Program-made: the position numbers and the translations under genes
Source: an uncultured Nitrososphaerota archaeon
GTDB lineage: Archaea > Korarchaeota > Korarchaeia > Korarchaeales > Korarchaeaceae
Length of the DNA: 64,000 nucleotides
Direction of reading: 5' to 3'
Assembly: GCA_964618805.1 (NCBI GenBank)
Contig: CAZUBM010000012.1
Coordinates: 1 to 64,000, forward strand
Part shown: in pieces, positions 20,623 through 30,863 of the stretch
Layout of the letters: every line of letters begins with the position of its first letter
How positions within the stretch are numbered: position 1 is the first letter of the stretch
Notes under the pieces: model-generated
Database searches by the model: none
Told to the model about the DNA's origin: nothing
What the model saw: the letters and a program-made list of their open reading frames with translations, nothing else

Positions 20623-20898
20623 CCATTTATCCCTCCTAAACGTCTTAAAAACGAAGGTGCAGGAAAACTCATTTTATGAATTTTCTGATAAATTAGGTGG
20701 GAAAATAGGAAACTACTAACTGAAATCTCAGCTTTTATGGTAGTTCGAGTTATGTAAATTGGCAGTGGGTCACTTCCTACACCAGCGACGGATGTATATT
20801 CATCACTTTTAATCTTTTCAACCCGGCCGATGAGATGTTGCTCAACGCGAGCTCTTTTTATTGGGGTAAGTGAGAATATTCTAACGAAAGGAATGAAT

Positions 20899-22017
20899 AT
20901 GAGAAGAACTGGAATAGCAAGCCTGCCCCTACATCCAGGAAAGGCTCCTCCTTGGCTATTCAAGAGGATGAAAAGGCTATCAGCCCTAATTGTTAAGGCA
21001 ATAGTCATGGAGTATGGAAGAAAGGAGTTCTTAAGGAGAGTAAGCGATCCTATATGGTTTCAGGCAATGGGCTGTGCGTTAGGATACGATTGGCACTCAT
21101 CAGGCCTAACAACTGTGCTTACGGGGGCTCTAAGGGAGGCATTGCAAGAAGAGGACGTTGGGATAGTGGTCCTTGGAGGAAAGGGAAGGGCTTCTAGGAA
21201 GGTTCCTGAGGAGATAGCACGATTAACCTCAAGATATGAGCTGTCTCAACATAAGTTAGAGGGCTTAATAAGGGCAAGTAGACTTAGCGCAAAGGTAGAT
21301 AATGCGGTTTTGCAAGATGGCTACAGTCTTTATCATCACGCCTTTTTCGTCACAGAAGAAGGGCATTGGGCTGTTGTTCAGCAAGGAATGAACCCCGAAG
21401 TTCGTTTAGCGAGGAGATATCATTGGCTTGGTGAAAGCGTGTCCTCATTCATAAACGAGCCTCATTCCGGGCTAATTTCTGATAGAATAGAGGAGCTTGT
21501 CCTAGACTTAACGGCTCGCTCAAGCGATCCTGCAAGGAAGGCATCCTTGGATTTGGTGTCGGAGGGACCAAGCAGGCTTAGAAGAATGTTTAGGGAGGCA
21601 GTTAGAGGACCCCTATCAAAGTATTTGGGAGAAAAACCCCTTCCTAAGTACGTAGAATTTCCTAGGAAACTGAATTGGGAGGCTGTTAGGGAAGCTTACG
21701 AAAGGAACATTTCAAATTATCAAGAACTCGTTGAAATAAGGGGATTTGGCCCTGCAACTATAAGAGCACTGGCCTTGCTTGCCGAGCTTATTGAAGGAGT
21801 CGAGGTTTCTAGGAAGGATCCTGTGAGATATTCTTTCGCGTTTGGCGGAAAGGATGGGGTTCCCTATCCTATAAATCTAAGGAGGATGGACGAGGCAATA
21901 ACTTTCATGAGCGATGTCGTCTCATGGCTGGAAATAAAATCTGATGAGAAAAAGCGAATATTAAAGAGGCTCTCAAGCATCCTACCCAATGAAACAGATC
22001 AAGGGGAAACGAATTAA
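20899..22017 (+). CDS. DUF763 family protein
   Basis: [45 protein letters not shown]. Confidence 0.9.
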   Translation: MRRTGIASLPLHPGKAPPWLFKRMKRLSALIVKAIVMEYGRKEFLRRVSDPIWFQAMGCALGYDWHSSGLTTVLTGALREALQEEDVGIVVLGGKGRASRKVPEEIARLTSRYELSQHKLEGLIRASRLSAKVDNAVLQDGYSLYHHAFFVTEEGHWAVVQQGMNPEVRLARRYHWLGESVSSFINEPHSGLISDRIEELVLDLTARSSDPARKASLDLVSEGPSRLRRMFREAVRGPLSKYLGEKPLPKYVEFPRKLNWEAVREAYERNISNYQELVEIRGFGPATIRALALLAELIEGVEVSRKDPVRYSFAFGGKDGVPYPINLRRMDEAITFMSDVVSWLEIKSDEKKRILKRLSSILPNETDQGETN

Positions 22018-22081
22018 ATCGGAAGTTGTTCTAATAAGTAAAAAAGTAAACTATATAAGTTCAGGATTCTCTTGAAGAAGC

Positions 22082-22178
22082 GGGCCCGTGGCTCAGTCTG
22101 GCAGTGCAAAATCGTTATTGCGCCAAAAGCGCCCGGCTGATAACCGGGAGGTCGCGGGTTCAAGTCCCGCCGGGCCCA
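22082..22178 (+). tRNA. tRNA-Ile(GAT) with 23-nt D-arm intron (22/23; 22105-22127)
   Basis: Removing 22105-22127 restores GCTCAGTCTGGCAGAGC; BHB-like TGGC/GCCA helix with AGT and AAA bulges; anticodon loop CTGATAA. Confidence 0.93.
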
Positions 22179-22201
22179 CTAGTTCTAAAGATGAATTAGA
22201 G

Positions 22202-22603
22202 ATGTCTAGAGTGCTTGTAGTCGATTCTTCTGTGCTATTCGCAATCTTTGAGAAGGATGTCCCAATAGACCTATCCAGCATAATTGACATGGTGCATCCA
22301 AAAAGGATGGTCATTCTGTCCCCTTGTCTGAAGGAGATAAAGCGTAAGATGGTGTCTGGTTCGCCAAAAGAAAAGTCGGTTGCTAGGGGGATAATTGACG
22401 CCCTAAGAAAGTTGGGAATAGATGAGGAAGAACACGAATTCAGGGTCTGTGATGAGGCAATAATAGCCTATTGTAAGGGAAAGAGAAATGTAGTTGTGGC
22501 TACATTAGACAATGAATTAAAGAATAGGTTGCTTAAGGAAGGTATATCAGTGATATATTTGAGGGCAGGCAAGAAGCCTGTTTTGGAGTCGCCTAAAGTT
22601 TAG
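22202..22603 (+). CDS. PIN-domain protein (Fcf1/Utp24-like)
   Basis: VLVVDSS, CDEAII, VVATLDNELK, IYLR; precedes rpoE1. Confidence 0.85.
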   Translation: MSRVLVVDSSVLFAIFEKDVPIDLSSIIDMVHPKRMVILSPCLKEIKRKMVSGSPKEKSVARGIIDALRKLGIDEEEHEFRVCDEAIIAYCKGKRNVVVATLDNELKNRLLKEGISVIYLRAGKKPVLESPKV

Positions 22604-22614
22604 GAGGGTTTGTC

Positions 22615-23190
22615 ATGTATTATCTGGTCACTTTAACTGATATCGCTTTTGTTCCTCCTGATCAGATAGGGGAGGATCCAAAGAAGATAGCTGAGCAATA
22701 CCTAAGGAGCAAGTATCTGGGCAAATACGTTTCAGGTGCAGGATTGATCGTAGACATAGTTGGAATAGAGGACGTCAGCCTGGGAAAGGTTTTCATTTCA
22801 AGTCCAGACGTTTACTTCAAGGCAAAGTTCAAGGCGCTATCCTTCTTGCCAAAGGTTCAGGAGATCATTGAAGGGGAGATTGATAAGATAGTTACGCACG
22901 GGGCCATCGTCAAGGTAGGACCTGTTGATGGCTTTATTCATATCTCTCAACTGGGAGATGACGTATTCATTCAGAGAGGAGGGGTCCTTCAAGGGAGAAA
23001 GACCAAGATAACTTACAGACCTGGAGACAGGATAAGAGCAAGGGTAACTGCGGTGAGCAAGCCGGATCCAACAGCACCTAAGAGAGGAGAACCGATAATA
23101 AGGATAGCTCTTTCATGCAGACAACCTGGGCTTGGCAAGATAGTAGAAGAAGAGGAGAAGAAGGAGGAGGAGAAGGGTGCCAAAGCTTAA
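22615..23190 (+). CDS. rpoE1: RNA polymerase subunit E' (Rpo7)
   Basis: MYYLV..PP, GPVDGFIHISQ, RARV, RQPGLGK. Confidence 0.93.
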   Translation: MYYLVTLTDIAFVPPDQIGEDPKKIAEQYLRSKYLGKYVSGAGLIVDIVGIEDVSLGKVFISSPDVYFKAKFKALSFLPKVQEIIEGEIDKIVTHGAIVKVGPVDGFIHISQLGDDVFIQRGGVLQGRKTKITYRPGDRIRARVTAVSKPDPTAPKRGEPIIRIALSCRQPGLGKIVEEEEKKEEEKGAKA

Positions 23191-23365
23191 GGCATGCCGT
23201 TCTTGCAAGGCTTTAACGGAGGACGACGAGTGTCCGATTTGCGGCTCAAAGGACCTGACAGTTAACTGGGAAGGAGTCGTGGTAATAATCGATCCAACGC
23301 GCTCAGCTCTTGCGAAGAAGCTAGGGATTACCAGATCAGGAATATATGCACTAAGAGTTCTTTAG
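23177..23365 (+). CDS. spt4: Transcription elongation factor Spt4 (RpoE'')
   Basis: KACRSC..CPICGS..WEGVVVIIDP..GIYAL. Confidence 0.95.
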   Translation: MPKLKACRSCKALTEDDECPICGSKDLTVNWEGVVVIIDPTRSALAKKLGITRSGIYALRVL

Positions 23366-23448
23366 AAAAGCTTTTGTTTACTACGTTTGCGGAACCTCGA
23401 TGCTGAGATTTATAAACACCTTTGTACACGAAGAATGGAGTGATCCCG

Positions 23449-23736
23449 ATGCCTGACTTGGAGATCATAGGACGAAGGAAAAATCCCCTGCTATTCAGAG
23501 AAGAAATAACATTCAAATTTAGGTTTCAAGGACCAACTCCTAGTAGAAAGGAGGTAAAAGATGCTGTTGTTAACTTCTTGGGAGTTGAAGAAGATAGGGT
23601 AGTGATTAGAAAGATATCCCAGGACTATGGTATGACAGAAGCAAAGGTCCTAGTGATGGTATATGATAGCCCAGAGAAGGTCAAGGAGATAGAACCGAAA
23701 CATATAATTGCTAGACATGAGAAGAAAGAGGGGTGA
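23449..23736 (+). CDS. rps24e: 30S ribosomal protein S24e
   Basis: [23 protein letters not shown]. Confidence 0.93.
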   Translation: MPDLEIIGRRKNPLLFREEITFKFRFQGPTPSRKEVKDAVVNFLGVEEDRVVIRKISQDYGMTEAKVLVMVYDSPEKVKEIEPKHIIARHEKKEG

Positions 23737-23740
23737 TATC

Positions 23741-23902
23741 GTGCCAAAACACAAGAATGTCCTTATATCAAAGCTTTACGAAATAAAAGACGGTAAACTC
23801 ATAAGAAAAGCAAGAAAGTGCCCAAGATGCGGGTCATTTATGGCTAAACATGCAAACAGATACTCTTGTGGCAAGTGCGGGTACACGGAGTTCATCTCCT
23901 GA
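23741..23902 (+). CDS. rps27ae: 30S ribosomal protein S27ae
   Basis: [19 protein letters not shown]. Confidence 0.93.
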   Translation: MPKHKNVLISKLYEIKDGKLIRKARKCPRCGSFMAKHANRYSCGKCGYTEFIS

Positions 23903-23946
23903 ACGGCTTTTAGTAATGGTTAAATGGGATAAGTAACTAGTTTTTT

Positions 23947-24021
23947 GGGCCCGTAGCTCAGGAGGATTAGAGCGGCGGCCTCCGGAGCCGTAGGTCGCGG
24001 GTTCAAGTCCCGCCGGGCCCG
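23947..24021 (+). tRNA. tRNA-Arg(CCG)
   Basis: GGGCCCG/CGGGCCC acceptor; anticodon loop CTCCGGA. Confidence 0.95.
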
Positions 24022-24041
24022 TTTTTGAGGAGGTTATCCGA

Positions 24042-24233
24042 ATGGAGGAAGCTAAGTGCATGATAGTTGGCTGCAATGAGAAAGCTGAGAAAATCCTTGA
24101 CAAGAGTTACAAGAGGGTGCTTCAAGGCCTGAACCTGAGGATCAATCCCCCTAATGCTAAAGAATTACATCTCTGCAAAAGACACTATAAAATGGTTAAG
24201 AACGCTATGAGAGCCTTGAGAGGAAATATCTGA
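24042..24233 (+). CDS. Small Zn-binding hypothetical protein
   Basis: CMIVGC..LCKRHY; SD GAGG upstream. Confidence 0.7.
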   Translation: MEEAKCMIVGCNEKAEKILDKSYKRVLQGLNLRINPPNAKELHLCKRHYKMVKNAMRALRGNI

Positions 24234-25074
24234 CCTCTCTAGCTAGTCTTGCAAACTCAAAGGGAGAAATCTTGTAAACCCTGACATCTCTAACGACGAG
24301 CTTTCTTGCAAACTGCTTCGCTTTAACCCTTCTAATTCTACAACGTTCCACGAGAAAATCTTCCAAAGCATTACTTAGCTTCCTTTTCCTCCTTTCAAAG
24401 AGGAAAGGAAGCATTTGACTCAACATCTTCCAATCCCTCTGCTCCAAAGTCGGCTCCTTCACCTTAAGTTTTACCAAAGCAGCATCAACATCGGGTTTTG
24501 GGACAAATGAACTCCTATTTACCCTTTTTAAAAGGGTTACATCAAACTTAATGGAGGTAAGGACTGAAAGGCTTCCATAGGAGCTAGATCCTGCCTTTGC
24601 TACGAGCCTTTCAGCGAATTCGTACTGAAAAGTCATGGAAGCAGAGACAAACTCGCTTTCAAGAAGTCCTAAGAGGATTCTAGAGGATATGGAGAAGGGA
24701 GGATTCGCAACAACTTTTGTGTATTTTCCTTTGAAGGGAAGCAGCTCCAAAACATCCCTGCAAATTACCTTGACCCTTGACTCGTTTCTAAACTTCCGTT
24801 TCAAGAAATTTGCAAGCTCAGGGTCTTTTTCAACAGCATAAACAGCTTTTGGTTTCCTAGAAACAATTTCTTCCGTGAGAAAGCCAAGTCCTGCTCCTAT
24901 CTCAAGTACAACATCGTCCTTTGAGATGTCAGCAGAGTCTACTATGTACCTAATCTCTCCTTTGTTTATCATAAAGTGTTGATCGCGTTCTTTTAATGTC
25001 TGAAGATCGTGCTTCCTTATAAATTCAAGCGCCATTGTTTTAAGATCGTTAGACGTAAAGTACTCCCCAGCCAA
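24205..25074 (-). CDS. rsmA: 16S rRNA adenine dimethyltransferase KsgA/Dim1 (start may be ATG 25035)
   Basis: QHFM, VLEIGAGLGFLT, ANPPF, YGSLSV, FVPKPDVD. Confidence 0.92.
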   Translation of the reverse strand: MAGEYFTSNDLKTMALEFIRKHDLQTLKERDQHFMINKGEIRYIVDSADISKDDVVLEIGAGLGFLTEEIVSRKPKAVYAVEKDPELANFLKRKFRNESRVKVICRDVLELLPFKGKYTKVVANPPFSISSRILLGLLESEFVSASMTFQYEFAERLVAKAGSSSYGSLSVLTSIKFDVTLLKRVNRSSFVPKPDVDAALVKLKVKEPTLEQRDWKMLSQMLPFLFERRKRKLSNALEDFLVERCRIRRVKAKQFARKLVVRDVRVYKISPFEFARLAREVRYFLSRLS

Positions 25075-25117
25075 CCTTTAATTACCTTCCATTTAACTCA
25101 ATATGGGTGATGAATAA

Positions 25118-26569
25118 ATGGTGATGGACCTTCTAAAGAAAGTGGATGAAGTTCACTGGCTCCTTCCGAAGGACTATAAGAGGGGAATGCGCGTCCCTGG
25201 ACTAATCATTGGGACACAAAAATTGGTTAGCGCGATAGAAAGGGGTGCAATCGATCAAGTTGCAAACGTAGCCATGCTCCCAGGAATATACAAGTACTCA
25301 ATAGCGATGCCGGACATTCACTGGGGTTATGGATTTCCAATAGGGGGTGTTGCGGCTTTTGACGCAAATAATGGAATAATAAGCCCAGGAGGGGTTGGAT
25401 TTGACATAAACTGCGGTGTAAGGCTTTTAAGAACTAACTTAGATGCGAAGGACGTTAGACCAAGGCTTAAGGAGCTCGTAAACACGATGTTCCAGAAGGT
25501 TCCCTCAGGTCTTGGAAGCAGGGCTAGGGAGCTAAGACTAAGCGCGGCTCAGTTGGATGACGTCATATCAATGGGAGCAAAGTGGGCCATAGAGAACGGG
25601 TATGGATGGATGGAGGATCTAGAACACACAGAAGAGAAAGGAGGTATGGAGGGAGCAGATCCATCAATGATAAGTTCTAGGGCAAAGGAAAGAGGAAGGC
25701 CCCAACTTGGGACTCTTGGAAGTGGAAATCACTTCTTAGAGATCCAATTAGTCGATAAGATATACAATGAGAGGCTTGCTAAAGCAGCTGGCATCACTCA
25801 TGAAGGACAGGTTACAGTGATGATCCATACCGGGAGCAGGGGCTTCGGTCATCAGGTAGCAAGCGATTACCTAAAGCTGATGATGGGAAACCTAAATAAG
25901 TTGGACTTTAGCCTACCTGACAGACAGCTAATATGCGCCTATGCAACTTCAAGGCTAGCAATGCAGTATTTTTCAGCCATGAAGGGCGCCGCAAACTATG
26001 CCTGGACTAACAGACAGATGATAACTCACTGGGTTAGGGAAGCCTTCGCCCAGGTATTTGGAACATCTCCTGAAGAGCTTGGAATGAAACTTGTATACGA
26101 CGTTGCCCACAACATTGCGAAGAGGGAAAGACATGTTGTAGATGGGAAAGAGGTCGAGGTATTCGTGCATAGAAAAGGAGCAACTAGAGCATTCCCGCCA
26201 GGAAGTCCGTATATACCGAAGGATTACTTGGAGACAGGTCAACCTGTCCTCATACCTGGATCTCAAGGGACTGCTTCCTATTTGATGTTTGGCACAAAGA
26301 GGGCAATGGAAGATACCTTTGGATCAGCTGCACACGGCGCTGGAAGGGTATTAAGCAGGCATGCAGCTGTTAGAAGGTGGAGGGGGAGCGAAATAGTTTC
26401 TAAACTTGCCCAAAGGGGGATAATCGTGAAACCAGCTTCCCTAAAGGTAGCAGCTGAGGAGGCACCTGGAGCATACAAGGACGTAGATGAGGTAGCCTTA
26501 TCCACACACAAAGCTGGTATAGCTAGGCTAGCGGTTAGAATGGTTCCAATAGGCGTCGTCAAGGGGTAA
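25118..26569 (+). CDS. rtcB: tRNA-splicing ligase RtcB
   Basis: MPDIHWGYGFPIGGV, DINCG, GSGNHF, HTGSRG, HRKGATRA, EEAPGAYK. Confidence 0.97.
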   Translation: MVMDLLKKVDEVHWLLPKDYKRGMRVPGLIIGTQKLVSAIERGAIDQVANVAMLPGIYKYSIAMPDIHWGYGFPIGGVAAFDANNGIISPGGVGFDINCGVRLLRTNLDAKDVRPRLKELVNTMFQKVPSGLGSRARELRLSAAQLDDVISMGAKWAIENGYGWMEDLEHTEEKGGMEGADPSMISSRAKERGRPQLGTLGSGNHFLEIQLVDKIYNERLAKAAGITHEGQVTVMIHTGSRGFGHQVASDYLKLMMGNLNKLDFSLPDRQLICAYATSRLAMQYFSAMKGAANYAWTNRQMITHWVREAFAQVFGTSPEELGMKLVYDVAHNIAKRERHVVDGKEVEVFVHRKGATRAFPPGSPYIPKDYLETGQPVLIPGSQGTASYLMFGTKRAMEDTFGSAAHGAGRVLSRHAAVRRWRGSEIVSKLAQRGIIVKPASLKVAAEEAPGAYKDVDEVALSTHKAGIARLAVRMVPIGVVKG

Positions 26570-26573
26570 TTCA

Positions 26574-27299
26574 ATGTCATCAAAGGAAAAGATTTCAGAG
26601 GGCTCATTTGTTTTGGTTGATTATAGCGTAGAGGACGCTGAGACGGAGGACCTCATAGACACTACCATGGAGGAAATAGCCAAGGAGAAGAATTTCCCTG
26701 GAAGAGATCAATTCTTTCCCATGCTAGTTGTTATAGGAGAAAAGAGGCTCTTACCCTCTATTGAAGAAGCCATAGCTGATATGAATGAGGGAGAGAAGAA
26801 GACAATCATCTTGAAGCCTGAAGAGGCCTATGGACCCTATGAGGAATCCAAGATAGTAACCTTCTCCTTAGAGAGAATAAGGAAAGCTCTAGGATCAAAC
26901 GAAATTAGGCCAGGTATGGTGGTAAACATAGACAACAAGAGGGGAGTCGTGAGATCCATCTCTGGAGGCAGAGTTAAGGTTGATTTCAACCATCCTTTGG
27001 CTGGAAAAACGCTAAAAGTTGAGATAAAACTTTCAAAAATTCTAAAAACAAAAGAAGAGAAGATAAGGGCTCTTTCATCCGATGTATTTGACGTAGACCC
27101 TTCGAAATTCGAAGTATCAGTTAAGGGATCCACCGTAACCGTAGAACTGCCAAAGCTAGCTTATTCAAAAAGGGACTCATTCATAAGGAAAATAAGGCTC
27201 CTTTCCTCCTTAATGAAATATTTCCCTGATATTAAGGAAGTTAAGTTCGTTGAAACCTTCGAAATACCTAAGGAAAAATCAGATAACGATGTTTACTAA
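26574..27299 (+). CDS. slyD: FKBP-type peptidyl-prolyl isomerase (long SlyD type)
   Basis: PEEAYG, GRVKVDFNHPLAGKTL. Confidence 0.9.
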   Translation: MSSKEKISEGSFVLVDYSVEDAETEDLIDTTMEEIAKEKNFPGRDQFFPMLVVIGEKRLLPSIEEAIADMNEGEKKTIILKPEEAYGPYEESKIVTFSLERIRKALGSNEIRPGMVVNIDNKRGVVRSISGGRVKVDFNHPLAGKTLKVEIKLSKILKTKEEKIRALSSDVFDVDPSKFEVSVKGSTVTVELPKLAYSKRDSFIRKIRLLSSLMKYFPDIKEVKFVETFEIPKEKSDNDVY

Positions 27300-27722
27300 G
27301 CATTTAACCAAATCCAAGCCTAACTTACAAGGTTCCTCGAGTTTACTAACCTGCACGATTTCTATTTCATCTCCTTCCTTGATACCAATTGGGTTGCAAA
27401 AATCGAAGTTTGGACAGGTTATTTCCTGACATTTTGGGCGGTTGTACCTTATCGTAACCCCTTCTATGGCATCTGCCCTAGGTATTGAGAGGAAAATTTC
27501 GTTAACCTGTTTTATCCTGCAAACGCGCATCTCTCCATAAACAGGACAACGAAAAGACTTTTTTCTAACCTCCTCTACTTCATAACACCTTTCTTCCTCC
27601 AAACTCTCAATACAAACTTTTCTGAGTTCGCAATCGTTGCAACTCTCTGTTTCTGAGATAAGGATAAATCTAAAACCTTTCATTGCCATATCCTTTGGCA
27701 GAAGTGCAAAAACTTTCCTCAT
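27279..27722 (-). CDS. UPF0179 family protein
   Basis: CNDC..C..LEEERCYEV, CPVY, CQEITCPNFDFCNP. Confidence 0.78.
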   Translation of the reverse strand: MRKVFALLPKDMAMKGFRFILISETESCNDCELRKVCIESLEEERCYEVEEVRKKSFRCPVYGEMRVCRIKQVNEIFLSIPRADAIEGVTIRYNRPKCQEITCPNFDFCNPIGIKEGDEIEIVQVSKLEEPCKLGLDLVKCLVNIVI

Positions 27723-27752
27723 ATGGATTTCCCCCTTACCTTAGAGTCATAA

Positions 27753-28142
27753 ACTAAATTTCGTTTTTGGACCTCATGCTTTGAACTTACGCGCTGGAAT
27801 GAACCTCAAGTAAGGAGTTATATAGCACAGGAGATAAGGGATATAGCGGTCATTCTTGCAAGAGAGCTTAGCAATGCGCTGAGAAATGAATTTGCTTCGA
27901 CCAATCATGGTAAGGCAACGAAGGATCTCGCTTATTCATCTAATTGTAGGTTAAGACAATTGCATGAAAGGAAACCTAAATCAATAGAGAGAACTGAGGA
28001 GAATCCAAGCATTACAGAAATTCTAGGCTCTCGAAGAACCACAAGAATGAGATCTGGTCAAGATCTTGAGGAATGGTACGAGGAGATTTCTAAGAACCCT
28101 TGGAGGAGTATAATATCTGAAAAGGGAGAAAAGAAACCTTAA
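27753..28142 (+). pseudogene. Open frame lacking a 5' ATG (..EIRDIAVILARELSNALR..NPWRSIISEKGEKKP)
   Basis: Continuous frame that includes the 27960-28142 ORF; homologous to 6533-6616 and to the 55132 remnant C-terminus. Confidence 0.5.
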
Positions 28143-28217
28143 CCCCTCCTTTCCCTCTTTTTTACAATTAATAACCCTTATCTAATTGTAAAAACTCCTT
28201 CATCTTACCTCAAGGCC

Positions 28218-28352
28218 ATGAGAGTAAGACAGGATTTTAGAGGAGATACGGAATTGAGGAGAGATCATTGATCTGCTTAGCAAAGGATCCTTTTATGTAA
28301 AGCTTGATAGGAAGGAAGTCTGTTGAAATTTTCTCTAAAGTTCCTGATTTCA
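28218..28352 (+). pseudogene. Degenerate copy of the 55132-55325 small ORF
   Basis: Shared blocks gacaggat..tagag, ggaattgagga, caaagg, gttgaaat, gttcc.gattt. Confidence 0.65.
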
Positions 28353-28647
28353 TAAAGTTGCATAGCTCAGGTTCTCTTCGTGATGGCCAGCCTGATCTTC
28401 ACCTGGCTTTTCAAGGCCTTCGGAGGCTGATCTGCTGAGATCTAGGAGGAGATGAGGGATGTTCTCCAGAGAGCATGCATCGGATCAAGGAGTGTCAAGG
28501 TTTTGTGTCGTAGCTGAGATGGGATCAAGAAGGGTCGTTTCCTCCAAAACAGTTGTCCACGAATTTACCAAGGAGTCTGGAAGGGGATAAAGCAAGAGGA
28601 GCTCAACACAAAAAAGCAAGGAAATTTAAAATCCCCAGAGAAAAAAT

Positions 28648-28965
28648 ATGTTAGGGAAGCTTATGAGAAAAAGGACTGTAGACGAGATAATCGAGATCCT
28701 CAAGGAGCATGAAGAAGAACTTAGGAGATGTGGGATAAAGAGGATAGGCTTGTTCGGCTCCTACGTGAGGGGAGAGAAAAGGGAGGACAGCGATCTTGAC
28801 CTGCTAGTTGAGTTTGAGGGAAGTGCTGACGTAGGACTATTGAAGTTCGTCGAGATAGAGAACTTCCTAAGCGACATCCTTGGAGTAAAGGTCGATCTTG
28901 TTGAGAAATCCGCTTTGAAACCGAGGATAGGGAGACGTACATTGAAGGAGGTCATTTACGTATGA
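28648..28965 (+). CDS. Minimal nucleotidyltransferase (MNT) antitoxin
   Basis: LFGSYVRGE..SDLDLLVEF..KVDLV. Confidence 0.92.
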   Translation: MLGKLMRKRTVDEIIEILKEHEEELRRCGIKRIGLFGSYVRGEKREDSDLDLLVEFEGSADVGLLKFVEIENFLSDILGVKVDLVEKSALKPRIGRRTLKEVIYV

Positions 28966-29255
28966 ATAGGGAGGTAAGAGATTACGTACAAGACGTGATA
29001 GATGCTATGGAAAAAGGAATGAAGTTCATAGAGGGCATGGAGTACGAGGAGTTTGTTAAGGACGATAAGACCGTCTTTGCGGTCATAAGGGCTCTAGAGG
29101 TGATTGGTGAAGCTGTAAAGAACATACCTGAAGAGGTAAGGAGGAAATATCCAGAGATACCTTGGAGGGACATGGCTGGGATGAGGGACAAGTTAATCCA
29201 CTCATACTTTGGTGTTAACCTGAAAATGATAGCGCGCCAGGGGACCCTTAAGTGA
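28962..29255 (+). pseudogene. HEPN/DUF86 toxin, C-terminally truncated
   Basis: LEVIGEA, IPW..MAGMRDKLIHSY (RX4H); homology is lost after GVNLKM. Confidence 0.82.
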
Positions 29256-29442
29256 AGGGCTGCGGAACGGCCGAACAAGAAGCCCCTGCGCTTCGCCCAA
29301 ACCTCGTTCAGCGGCTGGAAATCCAGCAGAGACCAGGTAGAGGCCCTTTCTAGGAAGAAGGAGGGTGGACGGACGGCTACAAAAAACAAACAGAATTATT
29401 AGGGGATAATACTTAAATTATCCTGCCTGGAATCCTTATGGA

Positions 29443-30063
29443 ATGGGGCTTGAGGAATCCGTTAGTGTAAGCCTTAAGAGGGAGGGTGTTCTGATAACGC
29501 TAAATACTAGCATAGATGAGGAGATCTCCAAGGCCAATAGTGTTCTGGAAAAGTTTCCAGGAAGCTGGGATCTGGATCCGGATCTAGGTATAGTAACATT
29601 GACCATCACAAGGGAAGATCTTGCTAGAGGCCTCGATTATGAGCCTTTTATAAAAAGGCTCTGTAATATAGCCTACTCACTGGAAGAGCTAGATAGGGCA
29701 ATACACGAGAGGATAAAGGTTGGATTAATTACTAAACTGTTCTCTATAACAGAGAAGCTTAAACCTCCCTCGCTACACGGAGTGCCTCAGAAGACATACG
29801 CGAAGAAAGGACCTCCAGGTTTTTCAATTGAGAGGGTTCAAGAGGGCTTTATGGTCGAAATCAATCTCCTGAGGGCGAAGATATTTAAGTCCCTCAGATA
29901 TGCTAGGATTCTTATCTTCTCAGAGTTCGTTCCCAAAGCCATAAGCCCAGAGGTCTATGAGGACCTTAAGGAGGCGCTGGAAAAATTCGAGGCCGGCATC
30001 TACAAACTATCGGATAAAGAGCTATCTCAGCTTAGGGGCATAAAGCTTATGCTCAAATTCTAG
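29443..30063 (+). CDS. Hypothetical protein
   Basis: 206-aa ORF; upstream GGATAAT-N6-ATTATCC palindrome. Confidence 0.65.
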   Translation: MGLEESVSVSLKREGVLITLNTSIDEEISKANSVLEKFPGSWDLDPDLGIVTLTITREDLARGLDYEPFIKRLCNIAYSLEELDRAIHERIKVGLITKLFSITEKLKPPSLHGVPQKTYAKKGPPGFSIERVQEGFMVEINLLRAKIFKSLRYARILIFSEFVPKAISPEVYEDLKEALEKFEAGIYKLSDKELSQLRGIKLMLKF

Positions 30064-30308
30064 CTGCCTGTCTCAACCTAATGGGATGTCTTTCATCGGG
30101 AAAAACGGTGAAATATGTTAGGGATTTACTCCCATAATTGCCTAATCAAGCGCGCACGGAGTGTTTCGAAGAATAAAGGAGATTGTTGAGGGTCTTCTGA
30201 AGAAAGCAGAATATAACGTAAAAGCAGCACGCGCCAGCATGCACATATCGTACCTTAAGGTATCTCCTCCTAGCACACAAAAGTTTGTAAGGAAAGGAGA
30301 TTAAATTA

Positions 30309-30512
30309 ATGGAAATGTTACCTCAATTTCGGATCCTAAGGCCAGAGATAGGACAATTGTTAGAATCTCTGGGAGAGAAAAGGTTGGAGGAAGTTCTTGG
30401 AGGTACAGAAGAGGAGAAGGAATTTCTCAAGCTCATAGATGAGGAGATCCTTGAGAAAATGATAGAGAGGAAAGTGAGGCAACTCCTGATGGAAATGAAA
30501 GCTAAGGTTTGA
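30309..30512 (+). CDS. Small acidic hypothetical protein
   Basis: ORF with GGAG SD. Confidence 0.5.
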   Translation: MEMLPQFRILRPEIGQLLESLGEKRLEEVLGGTEEEKEFLKLIDEEILEKMIERKVRQLLMEMKAKV

Positions 30513-30523
30513 TTTTATGCGTT

Positions 30524-30640
30524 TTACGCAGTTCTCCCCTTACTCATTTCGCATTTCTTCATAATCTCTCTTATCCTTCTTCTGGCCTCCTTCTCAACGT
30601 AATCTATCAGTTCTGCGATCGAATTTATTCCCTCAACCAT
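30524..30640 (-). CDS. 38-aa hypothetical protein
   Basis: MVEGINSIAELIDYVEKEARRRIREIMKK..; overlaps stop of upstream gene; not in ORF track. Confidence 0.45.
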   Translation of the reverse strand: MVEGINSIAELIDYVEKEARRRIREIMKKCEMSKGRTA

Positions 30641-30863
30641 ATTCAGACACCTTTACCAATCCAACTACCCTGAAAGCAATGCCTTTGGAGTTCAATACTC
30701 CTATTAGCCTGCGAACTCCTGAAAGAGAGTGGAATTCTAAGGAAGCGTAAACTTTCCCTTCATGCAACCAGACTCTGTAAGGCAGATAAGAGCTGAAGTC
30801 CTCGATAAAGCCAGCTATTTCCTCACATTCGATTCCTTCAAACTCAAACCTGACTCTGATCAT
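30633..30863 (-). CDS. Hypothetical protein downstream of Cdc6-like gene
   Basis: Starts immediately after the Cdc6-like stop; GGTGA SD. Confidence 0.6.
   Translation of the reverse strand: MIRVRFEFEGIECEEIAGFIEDFSSYLPYRVWLHEGKVYASLEFHSLSGVRRLIGVLNSKGIAFRVVGLVKVSEYG

Noticed and set aside
20727-20807. Possible C/D box sRNA on minus strand (GTGATGA..CTGA)
   Set aside because: Too long, and C'/D' boxes are unconvincing
22088-22201. N-terminal extension of the PIN ORF in the track
   Set aside because: Overlaps tRNA-Ile; real start is ATG 22202
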